Notes: generated by a model not told the origin, from the letters alone. A stretch of 64,000 bases of DNA from Squalus acanthias (GCA_030390025.1 JASTWF010000034.1:186001-250000); one strand, 5' to 3'. Counted from the first letter of the stretch, positions 46,412-58,456 are shown. Program-made: numbers and translations.

Positions 46412-49400
46412 AATTAGAGAGATGAATGCGTGGCTCAAAGATGGGCATGGGAAAAATGGGTTTCGATTCCTGGGGCACTGGCACCAGTACTGGGGAAAGT
46501 GGGATCTGGACCGTTGGGACGGTCTTCACCTGAATCATGCTGGGACCTGTATTCTGGCGAGTTGTATAACTAGGGCGGTAAAGAGGGCTTTAAACTAAAT
46601 AGTGGGGTAAGGGATCGAATTTGGGAAGATGTGGTAAATCAAAGAGTAGAGACAAGGCAAGAGAGAAAGGTATTAATGTGGGAAATGATAAACAGACCGT
46701 GACAGGAAGGGATAGTGAGTACAAATCTAAGAGTAAATCAACAGATAAGGCTAGAGGTTACATAAATAAAGTACCAAACTAAAGGCTCTGTATCTGAAGG
46801 CTCGTAGCATTCGAAACAAAACAGATGAACTGATAGCGCAAATAGAAATAAATAAGTATGATCTGATAGCCATCACAGAGACATGGCAACAGGTTGACAC
46901 AGATTGCGACCTGAATATTGAAGGGTACATGACATTTAGGATGGAGAGGAATCTAGAAAAAGGTGGCGGGGTGGCTCTGTTAATTAATGATGGTATGTGC
47001 GCTATAGATTGGGATGACTTAAATTCAGGAAACTAGGATGCAGAAGCGGTTTGGGTGGAGATGAGAAATGGTATAGGCAAGAAGTCACTTGTGGAAGTGG
47101 TGTACAGGCGCCCTAACAGTAGCCACACGGTAGGATGGAGTATAAAGGAAGAAATAGTGGGAGCTTGTCAGTAAGGTACGGCAATAATCATGGAGGTTTT
47201 TAATCGAGATATAGACTTGAAAAATCAGATGGGCAGAGGTAGCCTAGATGAGGAGTTCATAGAATGTTTTCGGGATAGTTTCTTCGAACAGCACGTTCTG
47301 GAGCAAACCAGAGAACAGGCTATACTAGACCTGGTATTGTACAACAAGATAAGATTAATTAATGACCACATAGTGAAGGCACCCCTAGGTAGCAGCGATC
47401 ATAATATGATTGAATTTTACATTCAGTTTGAGGGAGAGAAGAGTGGGTCCAGACTAGGTTTTTAAACTTAAATAAGGGCAATTATGAGGGCATGAAAGCA
47501 GAGTGAACCGGCAAATTAGGTTAAGGGATAGGTCAATAGAGTTGCTGTGGCAGGCATTTAATGGGATTTTTCAGAATACACAGAATAGATACATTCCAAC
47601 GAGAAAGAAAAATTGCAAGGGGAGGAACCACTATCCGTGATTAAGTAAAAAAGTTAAAGATAGTATCAAACTTAAAGAAGAAGCAGATAATTGCGCAAAG
47701 GGGGGTGGCAGGTCAGAAGATTCGAGAGAATATAAAAAGCAGCAAAGAATGACTAAAAAATTAATAAGGAGAGAAAGAGTACGAGAGAAAGCTAGCTAGA
47801 AATATAAAAACAGATATTAAGAGTTTCTATAGATATTTAAAAAAGGAAAGAGTTAACAAAGTGGGTGTTGGTCCTACAGAAAGTGAGTCTGGGGAATTAA
47901 TAATGAAAAAAGGAGATGGCAGTAGAATTGAACAGGTATTTTGCATCGATCTTCACTATAGAGGATACAAGTAACATCCCAGAACTAGCTGTAAATCAGG
48001 AAATGGAAGGAAGGGAGGAACTCAAGAAAATTACAATCACCAGGGAAGTAGTGCTGAGGAAATTGTTGTAGCTGCGGGCTGACAAGTCCCCGGGTCCTGA
48101 TGGACTTCATCCTAGGGTCTTAAAAGAAGTGGCTAGTCAGTTAGTTGATGCGTTGGTTTTAATTTTCCAAAATTCCCTAGATTCGGGGAAGGTTCCATTA
48201 GATTGGAAAATAGCGATTGTAACTCCTTTATTCAAAAAGGGCGGGAGACAGAAAGCAGGAAACTACAGGCCTGTTAGATTAACACCTGTCTTAGGGAAGA
48301 TGTTAGAAACTATTATTAAAGACGTTATAGCAGGGCACTTGGAAAAGTTCAAGTTAATCAGGCAGAGTCAACATGGTTGTGTCAAAGGGAAATCATGTTT
48401 AACCAATTTATTGGAGTTCTTTGAGGAAGTAACATGTGCTGTGGATAAAGGGGAACCGGTGGATGTACTGTACTTAGATTTCCAGAAGGCATTTGATATG
48501 GTGCCACATCAAAGGTTATTGCGGAAAATAAAGGCCCATGGTGATGGGTTAACATTAGCATGGATAGAAGATTGGTCAGCTAACAGGAAACAGAAAGTAG
48601 GCATAAATGGGTCATTTTCTGGTTGGTAAGATGTAGCGGGTAGTGTGCCACAGGGATAATGCTGGGGCCTCAACTTTTTACAATTTATATAAATGACTTG
48701 GATGAAGGGAACGAAGGTATGGTTGCTAAATTTGCTGATGACACAAAGATAGTTAGGAAAGTAAATTGTGAAGAGGACATAAGGAGGTTACAAAGAGATA
48801 CAGAGAGGTTAAGTGAGTGGGCAAAGATCTGGCAAATGGAGTATAATGTGGGAAAATGTGAAATTGTGCATTTTGGCAGGAAGAATAAAAAAGAAGCATA
48901 TTATCTAAATGGAGAAAGATTGCGGAGCATTGAGATGCAGAGGGGTCTGTGTGTCCTAGTGCATGAATAGCAAAAGGTTAGTATGCAGGTACAGCAAATA
49001 ATTAGGACAGCTAATAGCATGTTATCTTTTATTGCGAGGAGAATTGAATACAACAGTAGGGAGTTTATGCTTCAGTTGTACAGGGCATTGGTGAGACCAC
49101 ATCTGGAGTACTGTGTACAGTATTGGTCTCCTTATTTAAGGAAGGATGTAAATTCGTTGGAAGCAGTTCAGAGACGGTTTACTAGACCAATTACTGGAAT
49201 GGGCGGGTTGTCTTATGAGGAAAGGTTGGACAGGCTAGGCTTGTATCCGCTGGAGTTTAGAAGAGTAAGAGGTGACTTGATTGAAACATATAAGATCCTG
49301 AGGGGTCTGGACAGGTTGGATGTGGAGAGGATGTTTCCTCTTGTGCGAGAATCTACAACTAGGGCTCACTGTTTAAGAGTAAGGGGACGCCCATTTTAGA

Positions 49401-49646
49401 CAGAAATGAGGGATATTTTTTTTCTCACAGAGGGTTGTGAGTCTTTGGAAGTCTCTTTCTCAGAGGACGGTGGAAGCAGAGTCTTTGAATATTTTAAGGC
49501 GGATGTAGATAGATTCTTGATAAACAAGGGTGTGAAAGGTTATCGGGGGTAGGTGGGAATGTGCAGTAATCAGATCTTTTTGAATGGCGGAGCAGGCTCG
49601 AGGGGCCGAGGGGGCGACTCCTGCTCCTATTTCCTATGTTCGTATG
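46412..49646 (+). mobile_element. CR1: ORF1 end, degenerate full ORF2 and tail
   Basis: DGLHL, ITETW, SDHN, KSPGPD, FADDTK; many stops. Confidence 0.9.
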
Positions 49647-49654
49647 TACCTGCC

Positions 49655-50500
49655 CCGGGAGTGGGAGGGGCTTGGCCGCTTTGTGACATTGTTCCAGGCT
49701 GCTGTTTGATTGGCTTCTGGCTCCTTTGTGATGTCACCCTGGAGACAGGTTTCCGCCCCTGGTTATGTCAGTGTGGGAGGAGCTGGAGTGACAGCTGACA
49801 CTGGGAGGAGTTCAGTCGCAATAAACAGGGCAAAGGGCCGAAAGGAACAATTTAATATTAAAGTAAATAATTCAAACACACTCATTAATTACAAATATAA
49901 TGAAACTAGATACAATACCAGTCGCAAAAACCGTCCCACTGTATTCCAAGTACAGATGCTGGAATTAATATGAATCATTTTTCTATTGACAGTCTCTGGG
50001 AGTGAGCAATATCTCAGGAAGGTGGAGAGAGAGAATCGAATCATCGCCGCACTCACTGGGACTGGAGAAATGTCGCTGGCTTCACAGAGCAGTTCTGGTG
50101 GGAACCAGATCCCCATGTCAGAGACGGGATAAAACGGGAAGCTTGAGCAATGATTGGAAAGGTGAGGAACTTTACTGAGAATTCCACCAGTCCAGGATTT
50201 TGCCGAGGTGAGAATCTAACCAGACATTGGGAGCTGTTCAACATCTGCCGTCAGGCTCGGCCTTTGATGCGGCAAGTTGAGCGGATCTTAACTCGGAGAT
50301 AAATCTTTCCCGTACCTCACCTGCGAGAGTTTGACACTTACATGCAGTGGGATCGTTAGTCTATATTCACACCATGCTGTACCTGAGCTGGTTGTGCATC
50401 TTTGCATAGTGTCAAGGGAGCTGTATTGAACACATGCTGCATCTGAGTTGGTTGTGTTGATGAACCAAATTTAAGAGAGATTTACTCTGTACCTATCGCG
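49655..50500 (+). other. Second, more degenerate copy of the 41290-42060 unit
   Basis: Colinear similarity including trailing satellite remnants; first donor mutated to GGAGGAGT. Confidence 0.7.
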
Positions 50501-50738
50501 TGCAGCATTCTGAGGGGGGAGGGTGAACAGCCAGAGGTCGTGGTCCATATCGGTACAAACGACAAAGTTAGGAAGAGGGATGAGGTCCTGCAGACAGAGT
50601 TTAGGGAACTAGGGAAGAGGTTAAAAAGCAGGAACTCAGGTAGTCATTTCCAGATTACTACCAGTGTCACTTGCTAGTGAGTACAGAAATAGGAAGACAG
50701 AGCAGATGAATGCGTGGCTGGAGATTTGGTGTAGGAGG

Positions 50739-53700
50739 TGTGGTAACAAAATACAGCTTCCTGTGACTCGAACTTTATTACATCACTTCCTGTGATTAGT
50801 CCAGGATAAATACTGGGCTGATCAGTGGGATCCTGGAGAGGCATAGAGTAAGACCTCTTTTGTATGTAGCACCTTTTTAGTTGATTAAAGCTTACTTTAA
50901 GTTCACCACGCGTAAGGCTCATTCTTACGACAATTTAATCAACTTTGAAAAACTTCGCACTCAAACTTTTTGGACGAACTCGGAACTAAGGATCCAGGGA
51001 ATCACCCATCATGGAAAACATCCTTAAACCATCGCGTCTTGACTTGGACCCAAACACCCGAGCAGCCGGTAAGGTGTGGAAACACTGGTATCGCACGTTT
51101 GACAATTTTCTCGAATATTGCAAGGCTGATGATGACTCAAAATTGCGGATACTCATCAACTGCGTCACCCCGAATGTATTTCAGTATGTCGAGGAATGGG
51201 GCAGTTACGAGGAGGCAATTCGGACGCTTAAAAGACTATATACTAAGACACCGAATGAGGTCTATGCCAGATATCTACTAGCTACAGCCCAACAAGGGCC
51301 GGAGGAATCCATTGATAAATTCCTCCAAGAGCTTCGCAGACTTAGTATGGACTGTAACTTTCAGGCGGCCTCAGCTGAGCTGTACCGTGAAGAAATGATC
51401 CGTGATGCTTTCATCTGCGGGCTTGCCTCCCCATTTATACGCCAGCGTCTACTGGAAAGTAAGACACTTGAGCTTCAGAGAGCTTATGACATGGCTTGCT
51501 CTCTAGATCTGGCAAAAAGAAATGCAGACCTTTATACAGTGCCCAGACCTCGGTCTGCTGCCTTAACTACAGTCAGGCAATTTAAGAGGCCACAGGTGAA
51601 CTCTATTAGGGAGGACTTTATCCCTGACGATCAATCTGATGACTTCACTGATGAAGAGGATGATGACCCCACTGTGGCAGCCTCTTGGCAATCTAAGAAA
51701 TGCTTCTTTTGTGGTGATGAGTTTCACCCTCGGAAATTCTGCCCTGCTCGCAATGCGTTTTGCAGTCATTGCAACAAAAAGGGTCATTTTGCAAAGGTTT
51801 GCCTATCAAGAGCCTCTACGAGGGCTTATCAAGCTAAGTCCTACCGAACTGCCCCGGTAAGGGCCTATCAAGATGTTCCGGCTAAAATCTATCGTGCTTC
51901 CTCTCGGGTTTTCTCTCGAAGAAACACACCTAGAGTTTCAGCCACTCTTTGTGCAACGACACCAATTACAGCTGCTTGTCCTCAGAACCTATTCCATGCA
52001 GCTACAAAAGCATCAATTAATGGACATACTTTAGATGCCTTAATTGACTCAGGTAGCACTGATAGTTTCATTAGGGAACAGATTGTTGCAGAGTTAAAGC
52101 TACATGTTTTCCCATCGGACCAGGCAATTGCGATGGCTCAGTCATCACTTAATACCAGAATTTCTGGCTTTTGTATGGTTGAAATAACACTTAATGGTCA
52201 CAGGTATCCCTCCACCCGGCTTTCGGTGCTCAAGGACTTATGTAGTGATCTTATCTTAGGGCTAGATTTTCAAAAGCAGCATAAGAAGCTCACCATTGAG
52301 TTCGGCGGATCCAAACCTGAACTCACTATTTCTAATATACGACCTCGATTACCATTCTGTGCATTGTCAGCAGCTTCACTGGATGAACCCTCACTGTTTA
52401 CCAGTATCCCTCCTCGATGCAAACCGATTATAACAAAGTCACGACGTTTCAGTCAGGAAGACCAGTCTTTTATTGCGGCTGAGATTTCTCGGCTTTTAGG
52501 AGAGGATATCATCGAGCCTTGTTCGTCGCCATGGCGCGCCCAGGTCGTTATTGTTAAGAACCCTCTACAACCTCACAAGAAACGGCTGTGCATTGACTAT
52601 TCACAGACCATCAATCAATATACGGACTTGGACGCATACCCATTGCCGCGCATCGATGATATGGTTAATAAACTGGCTGAGTACACGGTGTTCTCAACAT
52701 ATGATCTGAAAAGTGCCTATCATCAGGTACCCTTGAAGGTCTCAGACAAGCAGTATACGGCCTTTGAAGCCAATGGACGGCTGTATCAATTTCGTCGCCT
52801 CCCCTTTGGGGTCACTAATGGAGTGGCTGTCTTCCAGCGAGCAATGGATGACCTGGTCAAACAGGAAGACTTAAAGGATACGTTTCCTTATCTGGACAAT
52901 ATTACTGTCGCAGGTCGCAATCAGCGGGAACATGACGCCAATCTCCAACGATTTTGGGATGCACTCCAGCACCGTAATTTGACATTAAATGCGGCTAAAT
53001 CCATTGAGTCACAACCAACCATCAACATCCTTGGCTATTGTGTGGGCAATGGCATCATTAAACCTGACCCTGAAAGGCTTCGCCCACTCCAAGAACTCCC
53101 GCCACCTAAGAATCCGGCCTCCTTGCGCCGGGCCCTCGGCCTGTTTGCATACTATGCTAAATGGATTCCTAACTTCTCGGACCGAATCCAACCTCTACTG
53201 AAGGCCAGCACATTCCCACTAGACACAGCGGCTGTTGCAGCCTTTAACCTCCTGAAAAAACAGTTGGAGAAAGCGGCTCTTCACTCCATCGATGAGAGTC
53301 TTCCTTTTGTTGTGGAGTGTGATGCCTCGGAGGTGGCGATCTCGGCCACTCTGAATCAGGAAGGTCGTCCGGTGGCATTTTTGTCCAGGACTTTTCAAGG
53401 GGCTGAGCTACATTATCCTCCAGTCGAGAAAGAAGCTACAGCCATCATAGAGGCAGTACGGAAGTGGACTCATCTCCTAGCTCGCCAGCACTTTACCTTA
53501 ATCACGGACCAGCGATCGGTCGCCTTCATGCTCGATAATCGAAAACGGACCAAAATTAAAAATAATAAAATCCAGCTTTGGCGGCTGGAATTGGCCTCTT
53601 TTGGTTACACCATCCACTATCGACCTGGCAAGGAGAATGTGGCTCCGGATACCCTCACACGAGCATTCTGCTCCGCCATGGCACCCTCTACGCTCGTAGA

Positions 53701-55218
53701 CATCCATGATGGGTTGTGTCATCCGGGCGTTACTCGCATGCTACACTTCGTGCGGTCCCGAAATCTCCCATTCTCTACCGGGGATGTAAAGAAGATGTGC
53801 TCGGACTGCAGAGTCTGTGCGGAATTGAAACCTCAGTTTTTCCGCCCCTCGGGTGGTATACTCATACATGCGACCCAGCCAATGCAACGGCTTAGCATCG
53901 ATTTTAAGGGGCCGTTGCCCTCTTCAACTCGCAACACTTATCTATTGACCATGGTCGATGAGTATTCCCGTTTTCCATTTGCCTTTCCCTGCCCCAATAT
54001 GCTGACGACCACGGTTATCAGCTGCCTTGAGCAGGTATTTGCTTTCTGTGGCATGGCATCCTATGTTCATTCGGATCGGGGCCCTTCTTTTATGTCAGGA
54101 GAACTCAAGGCCTATCTCTCGGAACGGGGTATTGCTGCCAGCAGAACGACGCCTTATCATCCGGTCGGGAATGGGCAAGTCGAGCGTTTTAACGCTATCA
54201 TCTGGAATGCGGTACGTCTGGCTTTGAGATCTCGGGGCCTACCCAACCAGCAATGGGAAGCAGTACTTCCAGACGCATTACACTCCACATGGTCCCTCCT
54301 TTCGACCGCCACAAATACGACGCCTCATGAACGGTTCTTCCGATTTCAGCGTCGCTCATCCTATGGGATATCTCTCCCGTCGTGGCTGACTGCACCGGGA
54401 CCAGTGCTACTCCGAAGATATGTTCGGGCGTCTAAGAATGACCCCCTGGTAGATGAGGTTGAGCTCACTGACGTCAACCCTACCTACGCCTATATTCGGT
54501 ATCCTGACGGTCGGGAATCTACCGTGTCATTGCGGGATCTGGCTCCCTGCCCGCCGAAACATAGAGGGACACCAGGGGATGATATTGTACCAGGCACATC
54601 TCTGGGCTCGCCAGGTGCCTCTCATCACGATCTGGATCTGACGCCGGCTGGTACCTCACTCCAGCGTGCCGACCTGGGGCAGACTGACTATGAGCCCGTC
54701 GGGGCTCGCACGCGCAGCCACGATCCACCCCGTACCATACGCTCGGAAACGGATCTGCCACAGCCCTGCCCGACACCCGTTCGGGCATCAGTACACAGTC
54801 AGGATCGTCCTGACCCCTCACAGAGCGGGCTGGATCACTCGGACTCTGGTCCACGGCCCGCGGCGGGTAAACGGGCTAGGGGCCCTCTCCCGCTACGAGA
54901 ACCCAAACGGGTGCGGCTCTCCCTCGTCCAGCGGCTACGAAATGGAGGGAGAATGTGGTAACACAATACAGCTTCCTGTGACTCGAACTTCATCCCGGCC
55001 TCCTAATCTTTTGGGGGGGGAGAATGTGGTAACACAATACAGCTTCCTGTGACTCGAACTTTATTACATCACTTCCTGTGATTAGTCCAGGATAAATACT
55101 GGGCTGATCAGTGGGATCCTGGAGAGGCATAGAGTAAGACCTCTTTTGTATGTAGCACCTTTTTAGTTGATTAAAGCTTACTTTAAGTTCACCACGCGTA
55201 AGGCTCATTCTTACGACA
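50739..55218 (+). mobile_element. Full-length Gypsy (Metaviridae) LTR retrotransposon
   Basis: 194-bp TG..CA LTRs at 50739-50932 and 55025-55218 (one mismatch seen); 5-bp TSD GGAGG at 50734-50738 and 55219-55223; PPT GGGGGGGGAGAA at 55013-55024. Confidence 0.98.
51011..54961 (+). CDS. Single-ORF Gag-Pol polyprotein (Gag with two CCHC knuckles, PR, RT, RNase H, IN), 1316 aa
   Basis: CFFCGDEFHPRKFC and CSHCNKKGHFAKVC; LIDSGS; DLKSAYHQ, LPFG, YLDN; CDAS..EKE..TD; H..H..C..C, IDFKG, SDRG, GQVERFN. Confidence 0.96.
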   Translation: MENILKPSRLDLDPNTRAAGKVWKHWYRTFDNFLEYCKADDDSKLRILINCVTPNVFQYVEEWGSYEEAIRTLKRLYTKTPNEVYARYLLATAQQGPEESIDKFLQELRRLSMDCNFQAASAELYREEMIRDAFICGLASPFIRQRLLESKTLELQRAYDMACSLDLAKRNADLYTVPRPRSAALTTVRQFKRPQVNSIREDFIPDDQSDDFTDEEDDDPTVAASWQSKKCFFCGDEFHPRKFCPARNAFCSHCNKKGHFAKVCLSRASTRAYQAKSYRTAPVRAYQDVPAKIYRASSRVFSRRNTPRVSATLCATTPITAACPQNLFHAATKASINGHTLDALIDSGSTDSFIREQIVAELKLHVFPSDQAIAMAQSSLNTRISGFCMVEITLNGHRYPSTRLSVLKDLCSDLILGLDFQKQHKKLTIEFGGSKPELTISNIRPRLPFCALSAASLDEPSLFTSIPPRCKPIITKSRRFSQEDQSFIAAEISRLLGEDIIEPCSSPWRAQVVIVKNPLQPHKKRLCIDYSQTINQYTDLDAYPLPRIDDMVNKLAEYTVFSTYDLKSAYHQVPLKVSDKQYTAFEANGRLYQFRRLPFGVTNGVAVFQRAMDDLVKQEDLKDTFPYLDNITVAGRNQREHDANLQRFWDALQHRNLTLNAAKSIESQPTINILGYCVGNGIIKPDPERLRPLQELPPPKNPASLRRALGLFAYYAKWIPNFSDRIQPLLKASTFPLDTAAVAAFNLLKKQLEKAALHSIDESLPFVVECDASEVAISATLNQEGRPVAFLSRTFQGAELHYPPVEKEATAIIEAVRKWTHLLARQHFTLITDQRSVAFMLDNRKRTKIKNNKIQLWRLELASFGYTIHYRPGKENVAPDTLTRAFCSAMAPSTLVDIHDGLCHPGVTRMLHFVRSRNLPFSTGDVKKMCSDCRVCAELKPQFFRPSGGILIHATQPMQRLSIDFKGPLPSSTRNTYLLTMVDEYSRFPFAFPCPNMLTTTVISCLEQVFAFCGMASYVHSDRGPSFMSGELKAYLSERGIAASRTTPYHPVGNGQVERFNAIIWNAVRLALRSRGLPNQQWEAVLPDALHSTWSLLSTATNTTPHERFFRFQRRSSYGISLPSWLTAPGPVLLRRYVRASKNDPLVDEVELTDVNPTYAYIRYPDGRESTVSLRDLAPCPPKHRGTPGDDIVPGTSLGSPGASHHDLDLTPAGTSLQRADLGQTDYEPVGARTRSHDPPRTIRSETDLPQPCPTPVRASVHSQDRPDPSQSGLDHSDSGPRPAAGKRARGPLPLREPKRVRLSLVQRLRNGGRMW

Positions 55219-57791
55219 GGAGGTACCACTTTAGATTCCTGAGGAATTGGAACCGTTTCTGGGGGTGGTGGCACCTCTACAATCCAGACGGGTTGCACCT
55301 CAATGGGAACGGGACCAATATCCTCACAGGAGGGTTTGCTAGTGCTGTTGGGGAGGGTTTAAACCAGCTTAGCAGGGGGATGGGAACCTAGCAATAGATT
55401 CAGTAGGGAGGGAAGTAAAACTGGAATTGGAAAACAAAAACGTAGAATGTAAATTGGAAGGACAGAGGAATCAAGGCCAAGATAGCAGTGAACAAGGAAG
55501 TTTGCCTGTACTAAATGGTGTATACTTCAATGCAAGGAGTACAGCGAACAAGGCAGAGGAGCTAAGGGCACAGGTAGATACTTAGGACTATGAAATTATA
55601 ACTATTACAGAGACATGGCTAAAGAGAGGCAGGTATGGCAGCTCAACATTCCTGGTTACAAGATTTTCAGACGGGATAGAGATGGAAGTAAAAAAGGACG
55701 GGGGTTCACGGTATTGATTAAAGAATCTATTACAACTATGAGGAGAGGTGATATGTTGGAGGGATCATCAAACGAGGCCACATGGGTCGAATTGAAAAAC
55801 AAAAAAGGGGCGATCACACTGCTGGGAGTGTACTACAGACCCCCAAACAGTGAGAGGGAGATTGAAGAACAAATATGTAAACGCATTTCTGAGAAGTGCA
55901 AAAACTATAGGGCAGTAATAGGAGGGGATTTCAACTACCCCATTATTAACTGGGATAAACTTAGTGTGAAGGGTACAGAGGGTGCGGAATTTGTAAAATG
56001 CATCAAGGAGAACTCTTTTAGCCAGTATGTAGCAAGCCCCACAAGGGAGGGGACGGTTCTGGACTCAGTTTTAGGCAATGAAGCTGGACAGGTGGAAGGC
56101 GTATCAGTGGGGGAGCATTTTGGTGCTAGTGACCATAATTCTGTTAGATTTAAGGTAGTTATGGAAAAGGACAAGGGTAGACCAGAAATAACAATTCTAA
56201 ATTGGGGAAAAGCAAATTTTGCAAAGCTCAGACCGAATTTAGCCATAGTGGACTGGAAACAGCTACTTGAAGGTAAATCAGTTTCAGAGCTGTGGGAGGC
56301 ATTCAAGGAGGAGTTCCGGAGGATTCCGACCAAATATGTGCCCTAAAAGAAAAAAGGTGGGCCTAACAAATCTAGAGCCCCCTGGATGTCTCGGGACATG
56401 CAGGTTTGTATAAAGAAAAAAAGGGAGGCGTATGACAGATACCGAGGGCTAAATCCTCCAGAATCTTAAGAGGAGTACAGAAAGTGCAGGGGAGCAATTA
56501 AAAAGGGTATTAGGAAAGCAAAGAGAGCATGAAAAATTCTGGGCAAGTAAAATCAAGGAAAACCCAAAGATGTTTTATAAATATATTAAGAGTAAGAGGA
56601 TAACAAAAGAAAGGGTATGTCCTACTTGATATCATGAGGGTAATCTGTGTGCGGAGGCGGGAGACGTCGGTAGGGTTCTTAATGAATACTTTGCGTCTAA
56701 TTTCACAAGGGAGAGGGGCAACGCAGACATTGCCATCAGGGAGGACGAGTGTGAAATATTAGATGAAATAAACATAGCGAGAGAGGAAGCATTAAGGGGT
56801 TTAGCAGCTTTAAAAGTGGATAAATCCTCAGGCCCGGATGAAATGTATCCCAGGCTGTTAAGCGAAACAACAGCGGAAATAGCAGAGGCCCTGACCATCA
56901 TTTTTCAATCCTCTCTGATTTCAAGTGTGGTGCCGGAGGACTAGAGGACTGCTAATGTGATATCCTTGTTTAAAAAGGGGGAAAAGGATAGACCGAGAAA
57001 TTACAGGCCAGTCAGCCTAACCTAGGTGGTGGGAAAATTATTGGAAAGAATTCTGAAGGATAGAATAAATCTTCATTTAGAAAGACACTGATTAATCAAG
57101 GATTGTCAGCTCGGATTTGATAGGGGAAGGTCGTGTCTGACAAACTTCATTGACATTTTTGAGGAGGTACTAAGGAGGGTGGATGAGGGTAGTGCGTTTG
57201 ATGTAGTGTATAACGACTTTAGCAAGGCTTTTGATAAGGTTACACATAGCAGACTGTTCACGAAGTTAAAAGCCCATGGGATCCAGGGCAAAGTGACAAG
57301 TAAGATTCAAAACTGGCACGGAGGCAGGAAGCAGAGGGTAATGGTTGATGGGTGCTTTTGTGACTGGAAGGCTGTTTCCAGTGGGGTTCCGCAGTGCTCA
57401 GTACTGGGTCCCTTGCTTTTTGTGGTATATATCAATGATCTAGACTTGATTATAGGGGGTATGATTAAGAAGTTTGCAGATGATACAAAAATCGGCTGTG
57501 TGGTTGATGCTGAAGAAGGAAGCTGTAGACTGCAGGAAGATATCAATAAATTGGTCAGGTGGGCAGAACAGTGGCAAATGGAATTCAATCCGGAGAAGTG
57601 TGAGGTAATGCATTTGTGGAGGGCTAACAAGGAAAGGGAATACACATTGAATGGTAGGACACTGAGTAGTGTAGAGGAACAAAGGGACCTTGGAGTACAT
57701 GTCCACAGTTACCTGAAGGTAGCAGGCCAGGTAGATAAGGTGGTTAAGAAGGCATATGGAATGCTTGCCTTTATTAGCCATGGCACAGAAT

Positions 57792-58405
57792 CATCTACTT
57801 CCTCTTCTTAGGCTGTCCCTCGGAACCGAGGATGACTTGCTTCCACATTAAAAATGAGTTCGCAGGTGACTGATGAGTCCAATGCGGGACCTACAGTCTC
57901 TGTTACAGGTGGGGCAGACGGTGGTTGAAGGGGCGGGTGGCTGGGGTGCTTGGGTTGACGTGCAATCCTTGCACTGCCTGCAGTTGGCTTCTGCTGGCTC
58001 CCGTCAAAGAGACGTGAGGTGTTCGGCGCCTTCCCGGATGCTTCTCCTCCACTTTGTGCTGTCTTGGGGCAGGGATTCCCAGATGTCAGTGGGGCTGTTA
58101 CACTTTTTCAAGGAGGCTTTGAAGGTGTCCTTGAAGAATTTCCTCTGCCCACCTGGGGCTCTCTTGCCGTGTCGGAGCTCCGAGTAGAGCGCTTGTTTTG
58201 GGAGTCTTGTATCGGGCATGCGGACGATGTGACCCGTCCATCGGAGCTGATGGAGTGTGGTCAGAGCTTCGATTCTGGGGATGTTGGCCTGAGCGAGAAC
58301 ACTAACGTTGGTGCGCCTATCCTGCCAATGGATTTGCAGGATCTTGCGGAGTCAGCGTTGGTGGTACCTCTCCAGTGCATTGAGCTGCCTGCTGTACATG
58401 TACGT
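57792..58405 (-). mobile_element. RTE-clade LINE 3' fragment
   Basis: RMPDTRLPKQALYSELRHGKRAPGGQRK..KDT.KASLK; microsatellite-like tail. Confidence 0.85.
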
Positions 58406-58456
58406 AAATGAGAAGTCGCACAACACCAGGTTATAGTCCAACAGATTTATTTAATT

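Larger units (their letters stand above)
50510..57790 (+). mobile_element. CR1 (ORF1 esterase + ORF2) hosting the Gypsy insertion; continues at 58680-59295
   Basis: Esterase frame MNAWLEIWCRR | RFLRNW..DGLHL split at the GGAGG duplication; EN and RT motifs at 55500-57790. Confidence 0.88.

Noticed and set aside
54520..54961. Chromodomain or env in the Gypsy C-terminus
   Set aside because: Pro/Ser/Arg-rich low-complexity tail with no chromodomain or transmembrane signature
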